From: Gammaproteobacteria bacterium
GTDB taxonomy: Bacteria > Pseudomonadota > Gammaproteobacteria > SZUA-140
Length of the DNA stretch: 64,000 bases
Direction of reading: 5' to 3'
NCBI GenBank assembly: GCA_020845975.1
Contig: JADLET010000084.1
Coordinates: 2,509 to 66,508, forward strand
A model generated the notes under the pieces. The model worked only from the letters and a program-made list of their open reading frames with translations, ran no database searches and was not told where the DNA came from. Position numbers and translations under genes: made by a program. Shown piece after piece: positions 17,572 through 31,522 of the stretch (its first letter is position 1; each line of letters starts with the position of its first letter).

Positions 17572-18754
17572 GATATCTCTCCGCTATCAATCTGATGATG
17601 TCGTACCCCAGCTTGCGCTTGGAGGCGCGCGGCAGGTCCGCCTGCCCGCCGTTCCAGAACAGGGTCACCTCGTTTTCGTCACTCTCGAAGCCGGTATCTT
17701 CCCGTCCGACCAGGTTGGCGACCACCATATCCAGTCTTTTGCCCTGCAGTTTCGCGATGGCATTGCGCGCAAGATCTTCCGTCTCCGCGGCAAAGCCCAC
17801 CATATACGGCGCGACAGGCAGGGCCGCGATCTCACTCACGATGTCAGGAGTCCGTTCCATCTCGAGCGTTAGCGCCATATCATCCTTCTTGAGCTTGCGC
17901 GGGGAAGGCTGGCGCGGGCGATAGTCCGCCACCGCCGCCGCCGCGATAAAGATATCGCAGCCAGCCAGATTGAGCGCGCAGTGCCGCATCTCTTCGGCCG
18001 TGGCGGCCTCGACGCGGCGCACACCCGCCACCAGCGGCTGTTCGACCGGCCCGCTGATCAGGGTCACGCGCGCACCCGCCGCCGCGGCGGCATTCGCCAG
18101 CGCATAGCCCATCTTTCCCGAGCTGCGGTTGGACACAAACCGCGCCGGGTCGATCGGTTCGCGCGTCGGGCCGGCCGTCACCACCACCGACAGGCCCTGC
18201 AGCGGACCAGTCCCCAACAGATTCGCCGTCAGCGCGGTCAGCTCTTCTGGCTCCAGCATGCGTCCCGCGCCGTTCTCACCACAGGCCTGATCACCGACAC
18301 CGGGACCGAACAGCCGCACGCCGCGCCGCTCCAGCGTCGCGATATTGGCGCGCGTAGCCGGGTGATCCCACATCGCGTGGTTCATCGCCGGGGCCAGCGC
18401 CAGCGGCGCAGCAGTAGCGAGACACAGGGTGGACAGCAGATCATCGGCGAGACCCGCGGCGAGCTTGGCGATCAGGTGGGCAGAGGCCGGGGCGATCAGG
18501 ACGAGGTCCGCCCAGCGCGCCAACTCGATATGCCCCATGACCGTCTCGTCCTCGGGATCGAGGTGACGGGTATGCACGCGACGGCCGGACACTGCCTGCA
18601 AGGTCAGGGCGGTGATGAACTCGGCGCCGGCCCGTGTCAGGACCACCTCCACCTCGGCGCCCTCGGCACGCAGCCGCCGCACCAGGTCGGGCGCCTTGTA
18701 GGCGGCAATGCTGCCGCTGACCCCGAGAAGAATCTTTTTGTTTGCCAGACGCAT
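17543..18754 (-). CDS. coaBC: Bifunctional phosphopantothenoylcysteine decarboxylase/phosphopantothenate-cysteine ligase
   Basis: N-terminal flavoprotein [23 protein letters not shown] plus C-terminal CoaB domain. 403 aa. Overlaps the dut start by 29 nt. Confidence 0.9.
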   Translation of the reverse strand: MRLANKKILLGVSGSIAAYKAPDLVRRLRAEGAEVEVVLTRAGAEFITALTLQAVSGRRVHTRHLDPEDETVMGHIELARWADLVLIAPASAHLIAKLAAGLADDLLSTLCLATAAPLALAPAMNHAMWDHPATRANIATLERRGVRLFGPGVGDQACGENGAGRMLEPEELTALTANLLGTGPLQGLSVVVTAGPTREPIDPARFVSNRSSGKMGYALANAAAAAGARVTLISGPVEQPLVAGVRRVEAATAEEMRHCALNLAGCDIFIAAAAVADYRPRQPSPRKLKKDDMALTLEMERTPDIVSEIAALPVAPYMVGFAAETEDLARNAIAKLQGKRLDMVVANLVGREDTGFESDENEVTLFWNGGQADLPRASKRKLGYDIIRLIAERYHAQGAAQDS

Positions 18755-18899
18755 ACCGTGCCGCTAAGCTTGAAATCCGGTCCGGGTACAGCGCTCCCGG
18801 GGCCCCATAAGATAGCATTTAATCGCCACGGGCGCGCGGGAACCCCGTCGCAGGATGCGGCGGCCGCCCATCTTTCCAAGACGACAAGGAGTGTCGATC

Positions 18900-19571
18900 A
18901 TGGCGATCTCTCATTGGCCCGCGGCGGAACGGCCGCGCGAAAAGCTGTGCCTGCGCGGCCCGGCCAGCCTGTCCGATGCCGAACTGCTGGCCATCTTCCT
19001 GCGTACCGGCGTGCGCGGCAGGACGGCGGTGGATATCGCGCGCGAACTGTTGCACGAATATGGAAGCCTGCGCGCGCTGTGCGAGGCGGACCGCGCGCGT
19101 TTCTGTCAGGGCGCCGGCCTCGGTCCCGCCAAATATGTCCAGCTGCAGGCCGCGCTGGAACTCGGCCGCCGCCATCTGCACGAGACCCTGACGCGCGGCG
19201 ACGCGCTGAGCAACCCCGGGGATACCCGCAACTACCTGACCGCCCGGCTTCGCGACCACCCCCATGAGGTCTTCGCCTGCCTGTTCCTGGACACGCGCCA
19301 CCGGGTGATTGCCTTCGAGGAGCTGTTCCGCGGCACCATTGACGGGGCGAGCGTACACCCGCGCGAGATCGTGAAGCGCGCCCTGGCGCACAACGCCGCC
19401 GCGCTCATCCTGGCCCACAATCACCCCTCCGGCGTGGCCGAACCGAGCCAGTCCGATCTGCGCTTGACCGAGCGCCTGCGCGACGCCCTCCGGCTGGTGG
19501 ACATCCGGGTGATCGATCATGTCGTGATCGGTGATGGCCAGAGCGCCTCGTTCGCGGAAATGGGCCTGTGA
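18900..19571 (+). CDS. radC: RadC-family (JAB/MPN domain) protein
   Basis: ERPREKL...[11 protein letters not shown]...HNHPSG JAMM-like motif. Start at the ATG with AAGGAG 9 nt upstream; the ORF-track ATG at 18855 lacks an SD. Confidence 0.85.
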   Translation: MAISHWPAAERPREKLCLRGPASLSDAELLAIFLRTGVRGRTAVDIARELLHEYGSLRALCEADRARFCQGAGLGPAKYVQLQAALELGRRHLHETLTRGDALSNPGDTRNYLTARLRDHPHEVFACLFLDTRHRVIAFEELFRGTIDGASVHPREIVKRALAHNAAALILAHNHPSGVAEPSQSDLRLTERLRDALRLVDIRVIDHVVIGDGQSASFAEMGL

Positions 19572-19702
19572 TAGAGGACTCGCCAGAAATTTAAGCTATT
19601 GATATAAAAGATAAACAAATAACCCGCGTGACAATGCACTTGTGGTTGGCTGCGCGATTTGATATAAAGCTCCGTTTCCGTCATTCATCGGGAGATGATG
19701 CA

Positions 19703-19939
19703 ATGTCCAGGGTTTGCCAGATTACCGGGAAACGGCCGATCGTCGGCAATAACGTTTCTCATGCCAACAACAAGACCAGGCGCCGTTTTCTGCCCAATCT
19801 GCAGACGCACCGCTTCTGGGTCGAAAACGAGAAGCGCTGGGTCAAGCTGCGCGTCAGTACCCAGGGCATGCGCATCATCGACAAGCAGGGCATCGATAAC
19901 GTCCTTGCCGATATCCGCGGCCGCGGCGTCAAGGTTTAA
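19703..19939 (+). CDS. rpmB: 50S ribosomal protein L28
   Basis: [34 protein letters not shown] is the canonical L28 sequence. GGAG SD upstream. 78 aa. Confidence 0.95.
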   Translation: MSRVCQITGKRPIVGNNVSHANNKTRRRFLPNLQTHRFWVENEKRWVKLRVSTQGMRIIDKQGIDNVLADIRGRGVKV

Positions 19940-19950
19940 GGGGCACGACC

Positions 19951-20106
19951 ATGCGTGAAAAGATCAAGCTCGCCTCCTCCGCCGGTACGGGGCACTTCTA
20001 TACCACGACCAAGAACAAGCGCACCATGCCGGACAAGTTGGAGATCAAGAAATTTGATCCCGTCGTGCGCAAGCACGTCGTCTACAAGGAAACCAAGCTG
20101 AAGTAG
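19951..20106 (+). CDS. rpmG: 50S ribosomal protein L33
   Basis: Translates to [51 protein letters not shown] (51 aa). Below the ORF-track length cutoff. Immediately follows rpmB. Confidence 0.9.
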   Translation: MREKIKLASSAGTGHFYTTTKNKRTMPDKLEIKKFDPVVRKHVVYKETKLK

Positions 20107-20128
20107 CCGTTCTCCTTCCACGGGCATA

Positions 20129-20157
20129 AAAAAACCCGCCTTAAGCGGGTTTTTTTA
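20129..20157. terminator. Bidirectional intrinsic terminator shared by rpmBG (+) and the desaturase gene (-)
   Basis: aaaaaaaCCCGCcttaaGCGGGttttttt. Confidence 0.85.
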
Positions 20158-20175
20158 TGCTTCTCCGCCCGACGT

Positions 20176-21357
20176 TTATGCCGGCGCCGGCTGCATCGAA
20201 TAACTGCGCAGGACGCGGACGAAATCCTGCAGGGCGTTGATACCCGAGGCCTCGGCCTGACGACACCACTCCTGCAGGGCCTGCAGCAGGTGTTCGTTGG
20301 AATCCGCCGAGCTGCGCCAGATGGCCTGCAGGCGCTGTTTAAACCGGTACACCGTCTCCAGTTTCTGGCTGTCACTCAGAATAGATTCCAGCTGGCGCTG
20401 CGACTGCTCGTCGATCAGCGACTCGTCACGCATCAGCAGTCGGCGCGCCTTGCGCAGCAGGGGTCGCGCCGTACTGGCCGCGTGGCGCATCTCATCGCGG
20501 TACACGCGCCGCAAGACATCACGACCATAACGGGACATGACCTGGAAGCGGTTGCTGATGATCGCGACCAGCGTATCCATGTCCGCGACAGACTTGTGCG
20601 GATCAAGCCGCGGCCGGGAGGCGAGCTTGCGCACCCGCGCAAGACGGAACAGGCTCAGCAGGCGGATGTACAACCAGCCAATGTCGAATTCCCACCATTT
20701 GGAGGACAGTCTGGCCGATGAGGCAAAGGTGTGGTGATTATTGTGCAGCTCCTCGCCGCCGATCAGGATGCCCCAGGGCACGATGTTGGTCGAGGCGTCG
20801 GGCACTTCGTAGTTGCGATAACCCCACCAGTGACCGATGCCGTTGATGACCCCGGCGGCGAACAAGGGAATCCACAACATCTGGATACCCCATACCGCCA
20901 CTCCGGCGAAACCGAACAGGAGCACATCGGCCAGGAACATCACGCCGATCCCGAACACGCTGTGCGGGGTATAGAGCCTGCGCTCGATCCAGTCGTTCGG
21001 GGTACCGTGGCCATATTTCACCAGGGTCTCGCGGTCCGCCGTCGCGGTCTTGTACAGCTCGGCCCCCTCCAGCAGCACCTTCCTGATGCCGCGCACCTGC
21101 GGACTGTGCGGATCTTCCGCGGTCTCACACTTGGCGTGGTGCTTGCGATGGACGGCGACCCACTCCTTCGTCACCATACCGGTGGTCAACCACAACCAGA
21201 AGCGGAAGAAATGGCTGACCAGGGGATGCAACTCCAACGCCCGGTGGGCCTGGTGGCGATGCAGATAGATCGTGACGGCCGCAATGGTGACGTGCGTCAG
21301 AACCAGCGCTGCCAGCAGCGACTGCCAAAGAGAGAAACCGGTGATTCCATTCATCAT
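20176..21357 (-). CDS. Membrane fatty-acid (acyl-lipid/acyl-CoA) desaturase
   Basis: Three His boxes: HRHQAH, HRKHHAK and HNNHHTF, with TM segments. Start placed at the ATGATG with GGAGG upstream. Confidence 0.8.
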   Translation of the reverse strand: MMNGITGFSLWQSLLAALVLTHVTIAAVTIYLHRHQAHRALELHPLVSHFFRFWLWLTTGMVTKEWVAVHRKHHAKCETAEDPHSPQVRGIRKVLLEGAELYKTATADRETLVKYGHGTPNDWIERRLYTPHSVFGIGVMFLADVLLFGFAGVAVWGIQMLWIPLFAAGVINGIGHWWGYRNYEVPDASTNIVPWGILIGGEELHNNHHTFASSARLSSKWWEFDIGWLYIRLLSLFRLARVRKLASRPRLDPHKSVADMDTLVAIISNRFQVMSRYGRDVLRRVYRDEMRHAASTARPLLRKARRLLMRDESLIDEQSQRQLESILSDSQKLETVYRFKQRLQAIWRSSADSNEHLLQALQEWCRQAEASGINALQDFVRVLRSYSMQPAPA

Positions 21358-21500
21358 GCGGACACGAACCTCCTGCCTTGAATGATCGTGGCAGAGGGCC
21401 ACCGCCTAAAGGATCCTCTGCACCGTCTTTCTGGATTATATGGGCGAGGATATCCTCTTTCACCCCCCCTTGCACATGGACAACGGACGCACGGCGCCTG

Positions 21501-22724
21501 TCAGGTACGATATTCCGCGTTGATGCGCACGTAATCGTATGAAAAATCACAGGTCCAGACACAGGCCCGTGCCTGGCCGCGCGCGAGCTCTATCCGAATC
21601 GTGATCTCGCTGCGCTGCATGACCTCGCGCCCCCGTTCCTCGGTGTAGTCCGGAGCCCGCCCGCCGCCGCGCACGATGCACACCTCGTCGAGATAGACAG
21701 AAACTGCATCGACGTCGAGATCGGAAAGCCCGCTGCGACCCACAGCGGCGAGTATTCGCCCCCAGTTGGGGTCGCTGGCAAAAAAGGCGGTCTTCACCAG
21801 GGGTGAGAGCGCCACGGCGTTCGCAACGGCGCGGCATTCCTCCGGATCCCTGCCTTGCACCACCTCGACGGTGATGAATTTGGTCACCCCCTCCGCGTCG
21901 CGCACGATCGCCTGCGCGAGTTCCGCGCATACCCCGGCGACTGCGTCACGCAGTAGCGGGTAATGAGCATCCTGATCCGAGACCAGCGGCGGCGCGGATG
22001 AGGCTCCAGTAGCGATCAGAACGCAGGCATCATTGGTGGAGGTATCGCCATCGACCGTAATGCTGTTGAACGAGACATCGACCGCTTCCAGCAGACAGCT
22101 CTGGAGCAACTCGGGCCGCACGCGGGCATCAGTGGCAATAAAGGCCAGCATGGTGGCCATATTGGGATGAATCATGCCGGCGCCCTTCGCGATGCCGGTG
22201 ATCGTCACGGTGTGTCCGGCAATCTGCACGCTGCGCGAGACGCCCTTGGGCACGGTATCTGTGGTCATGATACCGGTAGCGGCTTCGTTCCAGCCGTCCG
22301 CCCGCAACGCCGCGCGCGCCGCCGGGATGCCTGTCACGATCCTGTCGACGGGGAGCGGTTCACCGATTACCCCCGTCGAAAACGGCAGCACCTCGGCGGG
22401 ATCACAGCCGGCCTGCGCGGCCAGGGCGGAGCAGCATTCCTCGGCCCCGCGCAGGCCGGCTGCGCCGGTGCCGGCGTTGGCATTGCCGGTATTGATCAAC
22501 AGGTAACGCGGCATGCGCAGCGCCAGATTCCGGCGCGCGACAGTCACTGGCGCGGCACAGAAGGCATTACGGGTAAATACTGCGGCGCAATCGCTGCCGG
22601 ACTCGATTTCGATGACGACCAGATCGAGCCGACCCGCCTTGCGGACACCCGCCGCGGTCGCGCCGACCCGAATGCCTCTCACCGCCAGCAGCGGCGGCAA
22701 TGTGCCAGACAACCCTACAGCCAT
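21501..22724 (-). CDS. argJ: Bifunctional ornithine acetyltransferase/N-acetylglutamate synthase
   Basis: ATMLAFIATDARV (autoprocessing Thr region) and TVDGDTSTNDA motifs. 407 aa. Confidence 0.9.
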   Translation of the reverse strand: MAVGLSGTLPPLLAVRGIRVGATAAGVRKAGRLDLVVIEIESGSDCAAVFTRNAFCAAPVTVARRNLALRMPRYLLINTGNANAGTGAAGLRGAEECCSALAAQAGCDPAEVLPFSTGVIGEPLPVDRIVTGIPAARAALRADGWNEAATGIMTTDTVPKGVSRSVQIAGHTVTITGIAKGAGMIHPNMATMLAFIATDARVRPELLQSCLLEAVDVSFNSITVDGDTSTNDACVLIATGASSAPPLVSDQDAHYPLLRDAVAGVCAELAQAIVRDAEGVTKFITVEVVQGRDPEECRAVANAVALSPLVKTAFFASDPNWGRILAAVGRSGLSDLDVDAVSVYLDEVCIVRGGGRAPDYTEERGREVMQRSEITIRIELARGQARACVWTCDFSYDYVRINAEYRT

Positions 22725-22826
22725 GATCGGATCACCGGTATCAATTTGAGCGAGGGGAAGGACAGACGATAGAGAAAGCGGAACGGATATTCAAGCCGAC
22801 GCCGCACAAATCGCGGCGACGTCGCG

Positions 22827-25544
<2,718 letters not shown>

Positions 25545-25597
25545 TTAGCGGTGACGGGAAATTGAATGAGACAAACCACCGCCCGGTGCGCGGCAGC

Positions 25598-26521
25598 CTA
25601 CTTGGCCGCGTAAACGAATTTCGCGGGATCTACCACGCGGCCGTTCTTGAGAACTTCAAAATGAACATGGGGTCCTGTCGAGCGTCCGGTCGATCCCATC
25701 AGCGCTAGACTCTGCCCCTTTGTGACAACATCCCCGACCTTCACCAGATTTTCCCGGTTATGGGCGTAGCGCGTAATATAACCGTTGCCGTGATTGATTT
25801 CCACCATCATGCCGTAGCCGTAACGTTCCGCAGCCCAGGTCACCAGACCCGAAGCGACAGCCTGAATCTCCGTGCCATCCTTACCGGCGAAATCGATGCC
25901 CTTGTGGAACTCGCGCCGCCCGGTGAAGGGGTCCGTTCGCATACCGAAATAGGATGAGATCCATCCTCCCTGGATCGGGCGTCCCGTCGGCAGAATCCTG
26001 GCCTCGAGACTGCGATTCATGAAGAAGGATTCCAGCACCCGTAGCTGCTGTTCGCGGTTGTCCATCTGCTCCGCCAGATCATCCAGCGATTTCATGAAGC
26101 TGGGGGCATCGATCTCCTGCGCCAGTTCGATATCGGCCTGCGGACCGCCCTGGGCAGGCGGCGCGTTGAAATCGAATTCGGCCTTGTCGAGCTTGGCCAC
26201 CTCGACGAGGCGCTGCCCCAATGCGTTGATGCGTACGGACTGGGCCTGCAGATGCCCCAGACGGGTTGCCAGCGCATCCACTTCCTCACGCGCCTGCTCC
26301 GAGGCACGACTGATCTGTTCACGGTACTGCACCAGCTCCTGTGCCCATTCCCCGGGAATCAGCGCGTTGTGCGCCTGGGACTTGCCCAGATATACGCCTG
26401 CGAGTACGGCCATGATCGGAACCAGGACCAGGACGCCGACCAGGGCCGCGACCATTCTCCAGCCTTCCAGTTGAATAGAGGCCGGTTTCCCCGCACGCTT
26501 GGTAAATACGATAATATTCAT
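25598..26521 (-). CDS. M23 (LytM) family murein endopeptidase with N-terminal TM and coiled coil
   Basis: HKGIDFAG...NHGNGYITRYAHN...GSTGRSTGPHVHFEV zinc-binding motifs. Confidence 0.85.
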   Translation of the reverse strand: MNIIVFTKRAGKPASIQLEGWRMVAALVGVLVLVPIMAVLAGVYLGKSQAHNALIPGEWAQELVQYREQISRASEQAREEVDALATRLGHLQAQSVRINALGQRLVEVAKLDKAEFDFNAPPAQGGPQADIELAQEIDAPSFMKSLDDLAEQMDNREQQLRVLESFFMNRSLEARILPTGRPIQGGWISSYFGMRTDPFTGRREFHKGIDFAGKDGTEIQAVASGLVTWAAERYGYGMMVEINHGNGYITRYAHNRENLVKVGDVVTKGQSLALMGSTGRSTGPHVHFEVLKNGRVVDPAKFVYAAK

Positions 26522-26576
26522 TTCGTATGCAACCTCATCAGCAAACCCGCCTCGCGGGCATTATCAGGCGCATGCC

Positions 26577-27050
26577 ATGAAAACCACGCCTCCCGGCCGT
26601 CCTGACCCAGGCAAATCCTGCGCGACCCTGCTGAACCGGGCCAGCGGAGAATTCGGATACCTTATAGAACACAGCAAACGACTGGAGCGCATGTCCCGCA
26701 TGCTGCTGAACCGGCTCCCGCCCTCGTTCCAGCAACACTGCCGGGTCGCCGGAATCACGCAGCAAACCCTGATCCTGCACGCGGACTCTCCGGCATGGGC
26801 GACAAAACTACGTTATTATTGCCCGCAATTACCTGCCGATCTGTGTCAGTTGCCGGATTTCAGGCAACTGACCGATATCCGCATCAAGGTGATACCGCCA
26901 GAGTTTCTGCAAACATCACGCCAGACGAGCCCGCCTGTACGGCGATCATTGCCTCCATCAGCCGCGCGCCTGTTGCGCGACGTGGCTGCCACAACCTCGA
27001 ATGCGCCACTCAGGGATGCGCTGCTACGCCTGGCAACCCGAGGAAAATAA
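26577..27050 (+). CDS. DUF721 (DciA-like) protein
   Basis: Position between lpxC and secA as in Pseudomonas. Weak similarity pattern to DUF721 proteins. Start could also be 26499. Confidence 0.5.
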   Translation: MKTTPPGRPDPGKSCATLLNRASGEFGYLIEHSKRLERMSRMLLNRLPPSFQQHCRVAGITQQTLILHADSPAWATKLRYYCPQLPADLCQLPDFRQLTDIRIKVIPPEFLQTSRQTSPPVRRSLPPSAARLLRDVAATTSNAPLRDALLRLATRGK

Positions 27051-27108
27051 ATTTCTAATTAAAAAACAGGAGACTAACGTGCCTCATGGGCGAGGCGGTC
27101 ACTCCGGA

Positions 27109-28020
27109 TCAGCCTGCTGACACCGGCTGCATATAAGAAATCGGCGCCGGCTGATCTCCCTGAAATGTCACCAGCTCCCATGATTCGCGATCAGCCATCA
27201 ATCTGCGCAGGAGCATATTATTCAGGGCATGCCCCGATTTGAAGCCGCTGAAGGCACCGATCAGGCTATGACCGAGCAAATAAAGGTCGCCGATTGCATC
27301 GAGAACCTTGTGCTTGACGAACTCGTCCTCATAACGCAGGCCGTCCTCATTCAGAACCCGGTAGTCGTCGACTACCACGGCATTGTTCAGGCTGCCGCCC
27401 AGAACGAGGTTCATCTCGCGGAGGCGCTCGTAGTCGCGCATGAAACCGAAGGTGCGCGCGCGGCTGATCTCCTTGACGAAGGACGTCGTCGAAAAATCGA
27501 TGCAGGCCTCTTTGTTCCGGCCACGAAAGGCGGGGTGATTGAAGTCGATGGAGAAGGAAACCTTGAACCCCTCGAAAGGGTCGAAGCGCGCCCATTTGTC
27601 ACCGTCCACCACCTCGACGGTACGCTTGATCCGGATAAAGCGCTTGGGTGCGTTTTGCTCTTCAATGCCGGCCGACTGGATCAGAAACACGAACGGACCC
27701 GCGCTGCCGTCCATGATCGGCACCTCGGGTGCGCTGAGATCCACATAGGCATTGTCGATGACGAGCCCGGCGAAGGCGGACAGGAGATGTTCCACCGTGG
27801 AGATGCGCACATCTCCTTTGACCAGGGTAGTGGAGAGGGTGGTTTCTCCGACATGCTCTTCGCGCGCCGGAATCTCGACGGGCTCATCGAGATCAACTCT
27901 TCGAAAGATGATGCCGGAATCCGGGGCGGCGGGACGCAGCGTGAGAAAGATCTTTTTTCCGGTATGTAGACCGACTCCCGTGGCCCGTATGACGTTTTTC
28001 AACGTACGCTGTTTTAACAT
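27109..28020 (-). CDS. lpxC: UDP-3-O-acyl-N-acetylglucosamine deacetylase
   Basis: [31 protein letters not shown] is the canonical LpxC N-terminus. Start placed at MLKQ; the ORF-track start is 14 codons upstream. Confidence 0.93.
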   Translation of the reverse strand: MLKQRTLKNVIRATGVGLHTGKKIFLTLRPAAPDSGIIFRRVDLDEPVEIPAREEHVGETTLSTTLVKGDVRISTVEHLLSAFAGLVIDNAYVDLSAPEVPIMDGSAGPFVFLIQSAGIEEQNAPKRFIRIKRTVEVVDGDKWARFDPFEGFKVSFSIDFNHPAFRGRNKEACIDFSTTSFVKEISRARTFGFMRDYERLREMNLVLGGSLNNAVVVDDYRVLNEDGLRYEDEFVKHKVLDAIGDLYLLGHSLIGAFSGFKSGHALNNMLLRRLMADRESWELVTFQGDQPAPISYMQPVSAG

Positions 28021-28201
28021 CAACCCTTGTCCCTGATCACACCGCGGGTACCTTACCCGCAAATTTTCGGCGACTATAGCACAGCACCATACGCCTGCCT
28101 AGAAATTACCGCAATGCTTATCGGCCGCGCCGGCACATCCTGTATCAACAGGATCTGATCGTCCGAGCGGCCGATTGCCTGACTACCAGGTTATCGCCAC
28201 A

Positions 28202-29377
28202 TCAGTCAGCCTGACGCCGCAGGAATGCCGGGATATCCAGATAGTCCATATTGGTTGTGCCATCCTTGAGCATAACCGCCTCGTCAATGGCGCGGCTGCG
28301 GGTGAACGCCGGCCGGTCCAGCGGGGCATAATCGACATCGCCGCTCGCCTTGCGTACAGGCTCAACCACCTTCTCCACCACCTTGAGCTGGATCTCCTCC
28401 GGCTTCTGCACCCGCTCCTGGGGCAGTCCCAGCCCGGTCGCCACCACGGTAACCCGCAGTTCGTCGCCCATCTCGGGATCAATCACCGTCCCTACCACCA
28501 CGGTAGCGTTTTCCGAGGCAAACGATTTGATGGTATTGCCGACCTCCTCAAATTCGCCGATCGACATATTCATTCCGGCCGTGACGTTGACGAGGATGCC
28601 GCGCGCGCCCTGCAGATCGATATCCTCCAGCAGCGGACTGGCGATCGCCGCCTCGGCCGCTTCGCGCGCGCGGTTCTCTCCGCGGTGACTGCCCGAACCC
28701 ATCATGGCCATGCCCATCTCCGACATCACGGTGCGCACATCGGCGAAGTCGACATTGATCAGGCCGGGGCGCGTGATGAGGTCGGCAATACCCTGCACAG
28801 CGCCGAGCAGGACGTTGTTGGCGGCCTTGAAGGCATCCAGCAGCGTCACCGACTTGCCGAGCACGGAAAGCAGCTTCTCATTCGGGATCGTGATCAGCGA
28901 ATCCACATACTGGCTCAACTGACGAATACCCTCCTCGGCGATCATGGCCCGCTTGCGTCCCTCGAACGAGAAGGGCTTGGTCACCACGGCCACAGTCAGG
29001 ATTCCCATCTCGCGCGCGGTCTGCGCCACGACCGGGACGCCGCCGGTACCGGTGCCGCCACCCATGCCCGCGGTGATGAAGACCATGTCGGCGCCCTGCA
29101 ACACCTCGATGATCCGGTCGCGATCCTCCAGCGCAGCCTGACGTCCGATATCCGGATTGGCCCCGGCGCCCAGCCCCTTGGTGATACCCGTGCCGAGTTG
29201 CAGCGTGATGCGCGCGGACGAGGCCTTCAACGCCTGGGCATCCGTGTTTGCACAGATGAAATCGACGCCCTCGATCTGCGCCGACACCATATGCTCGACG
29301 GCGTTGCCGCCGCCCCCTCCCACGCCGATAACCTTGATCACGGCGTTTTGACTGTAGGAATCCATCAGCTCGAACAT
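28202..29377 (-). CDS. ftsZ: Cell division GTPase FtsZ
   Basis: [10 protein letters not shown] tubulin signature; NTDAQAL. 391 aa. Confidence 0.97.
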   Translation of the reverse strand: MFELMDSYSQNAVIKVIGVGGGGGNAVEHMVSAQIEGVDFICANTDAQALKASSARITLQLGTGITKGLGAGANPDIGRQAALEDRDRIIEVLQGADMVFITAGMGGGTGTGGVPVVAQTAREMGILTVAVVTKPFSFEGRKRAMIAEEGIRQLSQYVDSLITIPNEKLLSVLGKSVTLLDAFKAANNVLLGAVQGIADLITRPGLINVDFADVRTVMSEMGMAMMGSGSHRGENRAREAAEAAIASPLLEDIDLQGARGILVNVTAGMNMSIGEFEEVGNTIKSFASENATVVVGTVIDPEMGDELRVTVVATGLGLPQERVQKPEEIQLKVVEKVVEPVRKASGDVDYAPLDRPAFTRSRAIDEAVMLKDGTTNMDYLDIPAFLRRQAD

Positions 29378-29422
29378 AGTTATTATCTCCTTTTCTAAAT
29401 TAAATTCTTTCCGTCATTCACT

Positions 29423-30661
29423 TCAGAAATTGCCCTGAAACCAGCCCTTCATCCTGCCCCACACCCCTTTGACCCCGTTGCTCACACGCACCGGCGCCTT
29501 CCTGCCGCCGTAACGCTGTTGATGCCCGTACAGCAGCAGGCCCACGCCGGTGGCGTAAATCGGATTGCGCACCACGTCGACAAGGCCGCTTACTTTCTGC
29601 GGCAGACCCAGTCGAACGGGCGTATGGAAAACTTCCTCGGCAAGTTCGATCACGCCTTCCATCTTCGCGCTGCCGCCAGTCAGCACCACGCCTGAGGCAA
29701 TCAGGTTCTCGAAACCGGAACGGCGCAGCTCCGCCTGGACCAGCGTGAACAGTTCGTCGTAGCGCGGCTCAACCACCTCGGCCAGTGTCTGCCGGGCCAG
29801 GCGGCGCGGCTTGCGCTCGCCGACCCCGGGCACCTCAATGGTCTCGTTCGGATTGGCCAGCTGGGTAAGCGCGCAGCCGTATTTGATCTTGATCTCCTCG
29901 GCGTACTGCGTCGGCGTGCGCAGCGCAACGGCGATGTCGTTGGTAACCTGATCGCCTGCGATCGGGATCACCGCGGTATGGCGGATGGAGCCGTCGGTAA
30001 AGACCGCGATATCGGTAGTGCCTCCGCCGATATCCACCAGACATACACCCAGCCCTTTCTCGTCATCGGTCAACACCGCGTAGCTCGACGCGAGCTGTTC
30101 CAGGATGATGTCATCGACCTCCAGACCACAGCGGCGTACGCACTTGATGATGTTCTGCGCCGCACTGACCGCACCGGTCACAATGTGCACCTTGGCCTCC
30201 AGGCGCACACCGGACATGCCGACCGGCTCCATGATGCCTTCCTGGTTGTCGATGATGAATTCCTGCGGCAGGATATGCAGCATCTTCTGGTCGGCGGGAA
30301 TCGCGACAGCGCGCGCGGCATCGATCACGCGCTCGACATCTCCCGGCGCGACCTCCTCGTCGCGGATCGCCACGATACCGTGGGAATTGATGCTGCGGAT
30401 GTGGCTGCCGGCGATGCCGGTGTATACCGAATGGATCTCGCAGCCCGCCATCAGCTCGGCCTCTTCCACCGCGCGCTGTATGGACTGCACAGTGGACTCA
30501 ATGTTGACGACGACCCCCTTCTTCAGGCCGCGCGAGGGATGCGAACCGATCCCGATGATCTCGATCTCGTCGTTTTCGGTCACCTCGCACACGATCGCCA
30601 CGACCTTCGAGGTGCCGATATCCAGTCCAACGATCAGATCTTTTCCGTCTCTCTTAGGCAT
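29423..30661 (-). CDS. ftsA: Cell division protein FtsA
   Basis: Actin-like ATPase. LIVGLDIGTSKV...DIGGGTTD. 412 aa. Confidence 0.95.
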   Translation of the reverse strand: MPKRDGKDLIVGLDIGTSKVVAIVCEVTENDEIEIIGIGSHPSRGLKKGVVVNIESTVQSIQRAVEEAELMAGCEIHSVYTGIAGSHIRSINSHGIVAIRDEEVAPGDVERVIDAARAVAIPADQKMLHILPQEFIIDNQEGIMEPVGMSGVRLEAKVHIVTGAVSAAQNIIKCVRRCGLEVDDIILEQLASSYAVLTDDEKGLGVCLVDIGGGTTDIAVFTDGSIRHTAVIPIAGDQVTNDIAVALRTPTQYAEEIKIKYGCALTQLANPNETIEVPGVGERKPRRLARQTLAEVVEPRYDELFTLVQAELRRSGFENLIASGVVLTGGSAKMEGVIELAEEVFHTPVRLGLPQKVSGLVDVVRNPIYATGVGLLLYGHQQRYGGRKAPVRVSNGVKGVWGRMKGWFQGNF

Positions 30662-31522
30662 CTATGCTTTGTCTCCAGTATTCTTCGCGACCGGCCGGCG
30701 GGCCGCGTCGCTGCCGGTCAGGCGCCATTTCACGGCGAAGCCGTTGGTGTAGCGCAGATCTACTTCCTCCACGTCGGCGACACGCCCCGCGAGCCCTCCG
30801 GGATAGAACCGCGCGAAACGCTCGAGCTGCCGCTCACTGTCCTTGCGCCCCAGGGTCAGTCGCATACCGTTGTCGAGCGTCAGCCGCCAGGATCGCCGCG
30901 CGTCCATGCTCAGGCTCGTTATCGCGATACCTTGCGAAGCGAGTGGCTCGCTCATCCTTACATAGGCGCCCATGACCTGTGCCGACGTGCGTGTCGGACC
31001 TGCCAGCAGGGGCAGCTTCGCCGCCTCCGCGTCCAGTTCCGCGGGGTGGAATACCTGACCGGCCGGATTGACCAATCCTCCCTCCTGCCAGCGGGCCACC
31101 GCGCGCTCTTCCGTCACAGTGACCTGAAGGACATCCGGCCACATGCGCCGCACCGAGGCGCGCTCCACCCAGGGCAATTCTTCCAGCGCCTGCTTGATCA
31201 CCTTCACATCAGTCTCGAAAAATCCCGCCGCGGCATACGGCGCGACAATCGCCGACAGCTCCGGAGCGGTAACATGAGCGAAGCTCCCTTCCACGCGCAG
31301 TACTTTGAAGGGAAACCTGGTGCGCTCCATCAGGGCCACGCTTCCCCACAGGGTGTATGCCGCGAATACCACCGCCAGTCCGGCGAATCCGGCCAGTCCC
31401 CGGCGCAGATTTTGATGACGCCACAGACCCTTCCATGCGCGCGTGCGCTGACGGCGCCTTTTCAAGAGACCTCCGTCGCGGACGCCGGCGGTAAATCGAG
31501 TGTCTCTTCGAGAATGCGCCAT
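30662..31522 (-). CDS. ftsQ: Cell division protein FtsQ (start uncertain)
   Basis: Single TM (LAGFAGLAVVFAAYTLWG) followed by a POTRA-like region, between ddl and ftsA. The first in-frame ATG after the ddl region is at 31522 and overlaps the ddl 3' end by ~60 nt. The longer ORF-track start is unlikely. Confidence 0.7.
   Translation of the reverse strand: MAHSRRDTRFTAGVRDGGLLKRRRQRTRAWKGLWRHQNLRRGLAGFAGLAVVFAAYTLWGSVALMERTRFPFKVLRVEGSFAHVTAPELSAIVAPYAAAGFFETDVKVIKQALEELPWVERASVRRMWPDVLQVTVTEERAVARWQEGGLVNPAGQVFHPAELDAEAAKLPLLAGPTRTSAQVMGAYVRMSEPLASQGIAITSLSMDARRSWRLTLDNGMRLTLGRKDSERQLERFARFYPGGLAGRVADVEEVDLRYTNGFAVKWRLTGSDAARRPVAKNTGDKA

Noticed and set aside
17981-19267. 428-aa plus-strand ORF spanning coaBC and radC
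   Set aside because: Antisense to coaBC and out of frame with radC. Low-complexity RG-rich translation. Spurious.
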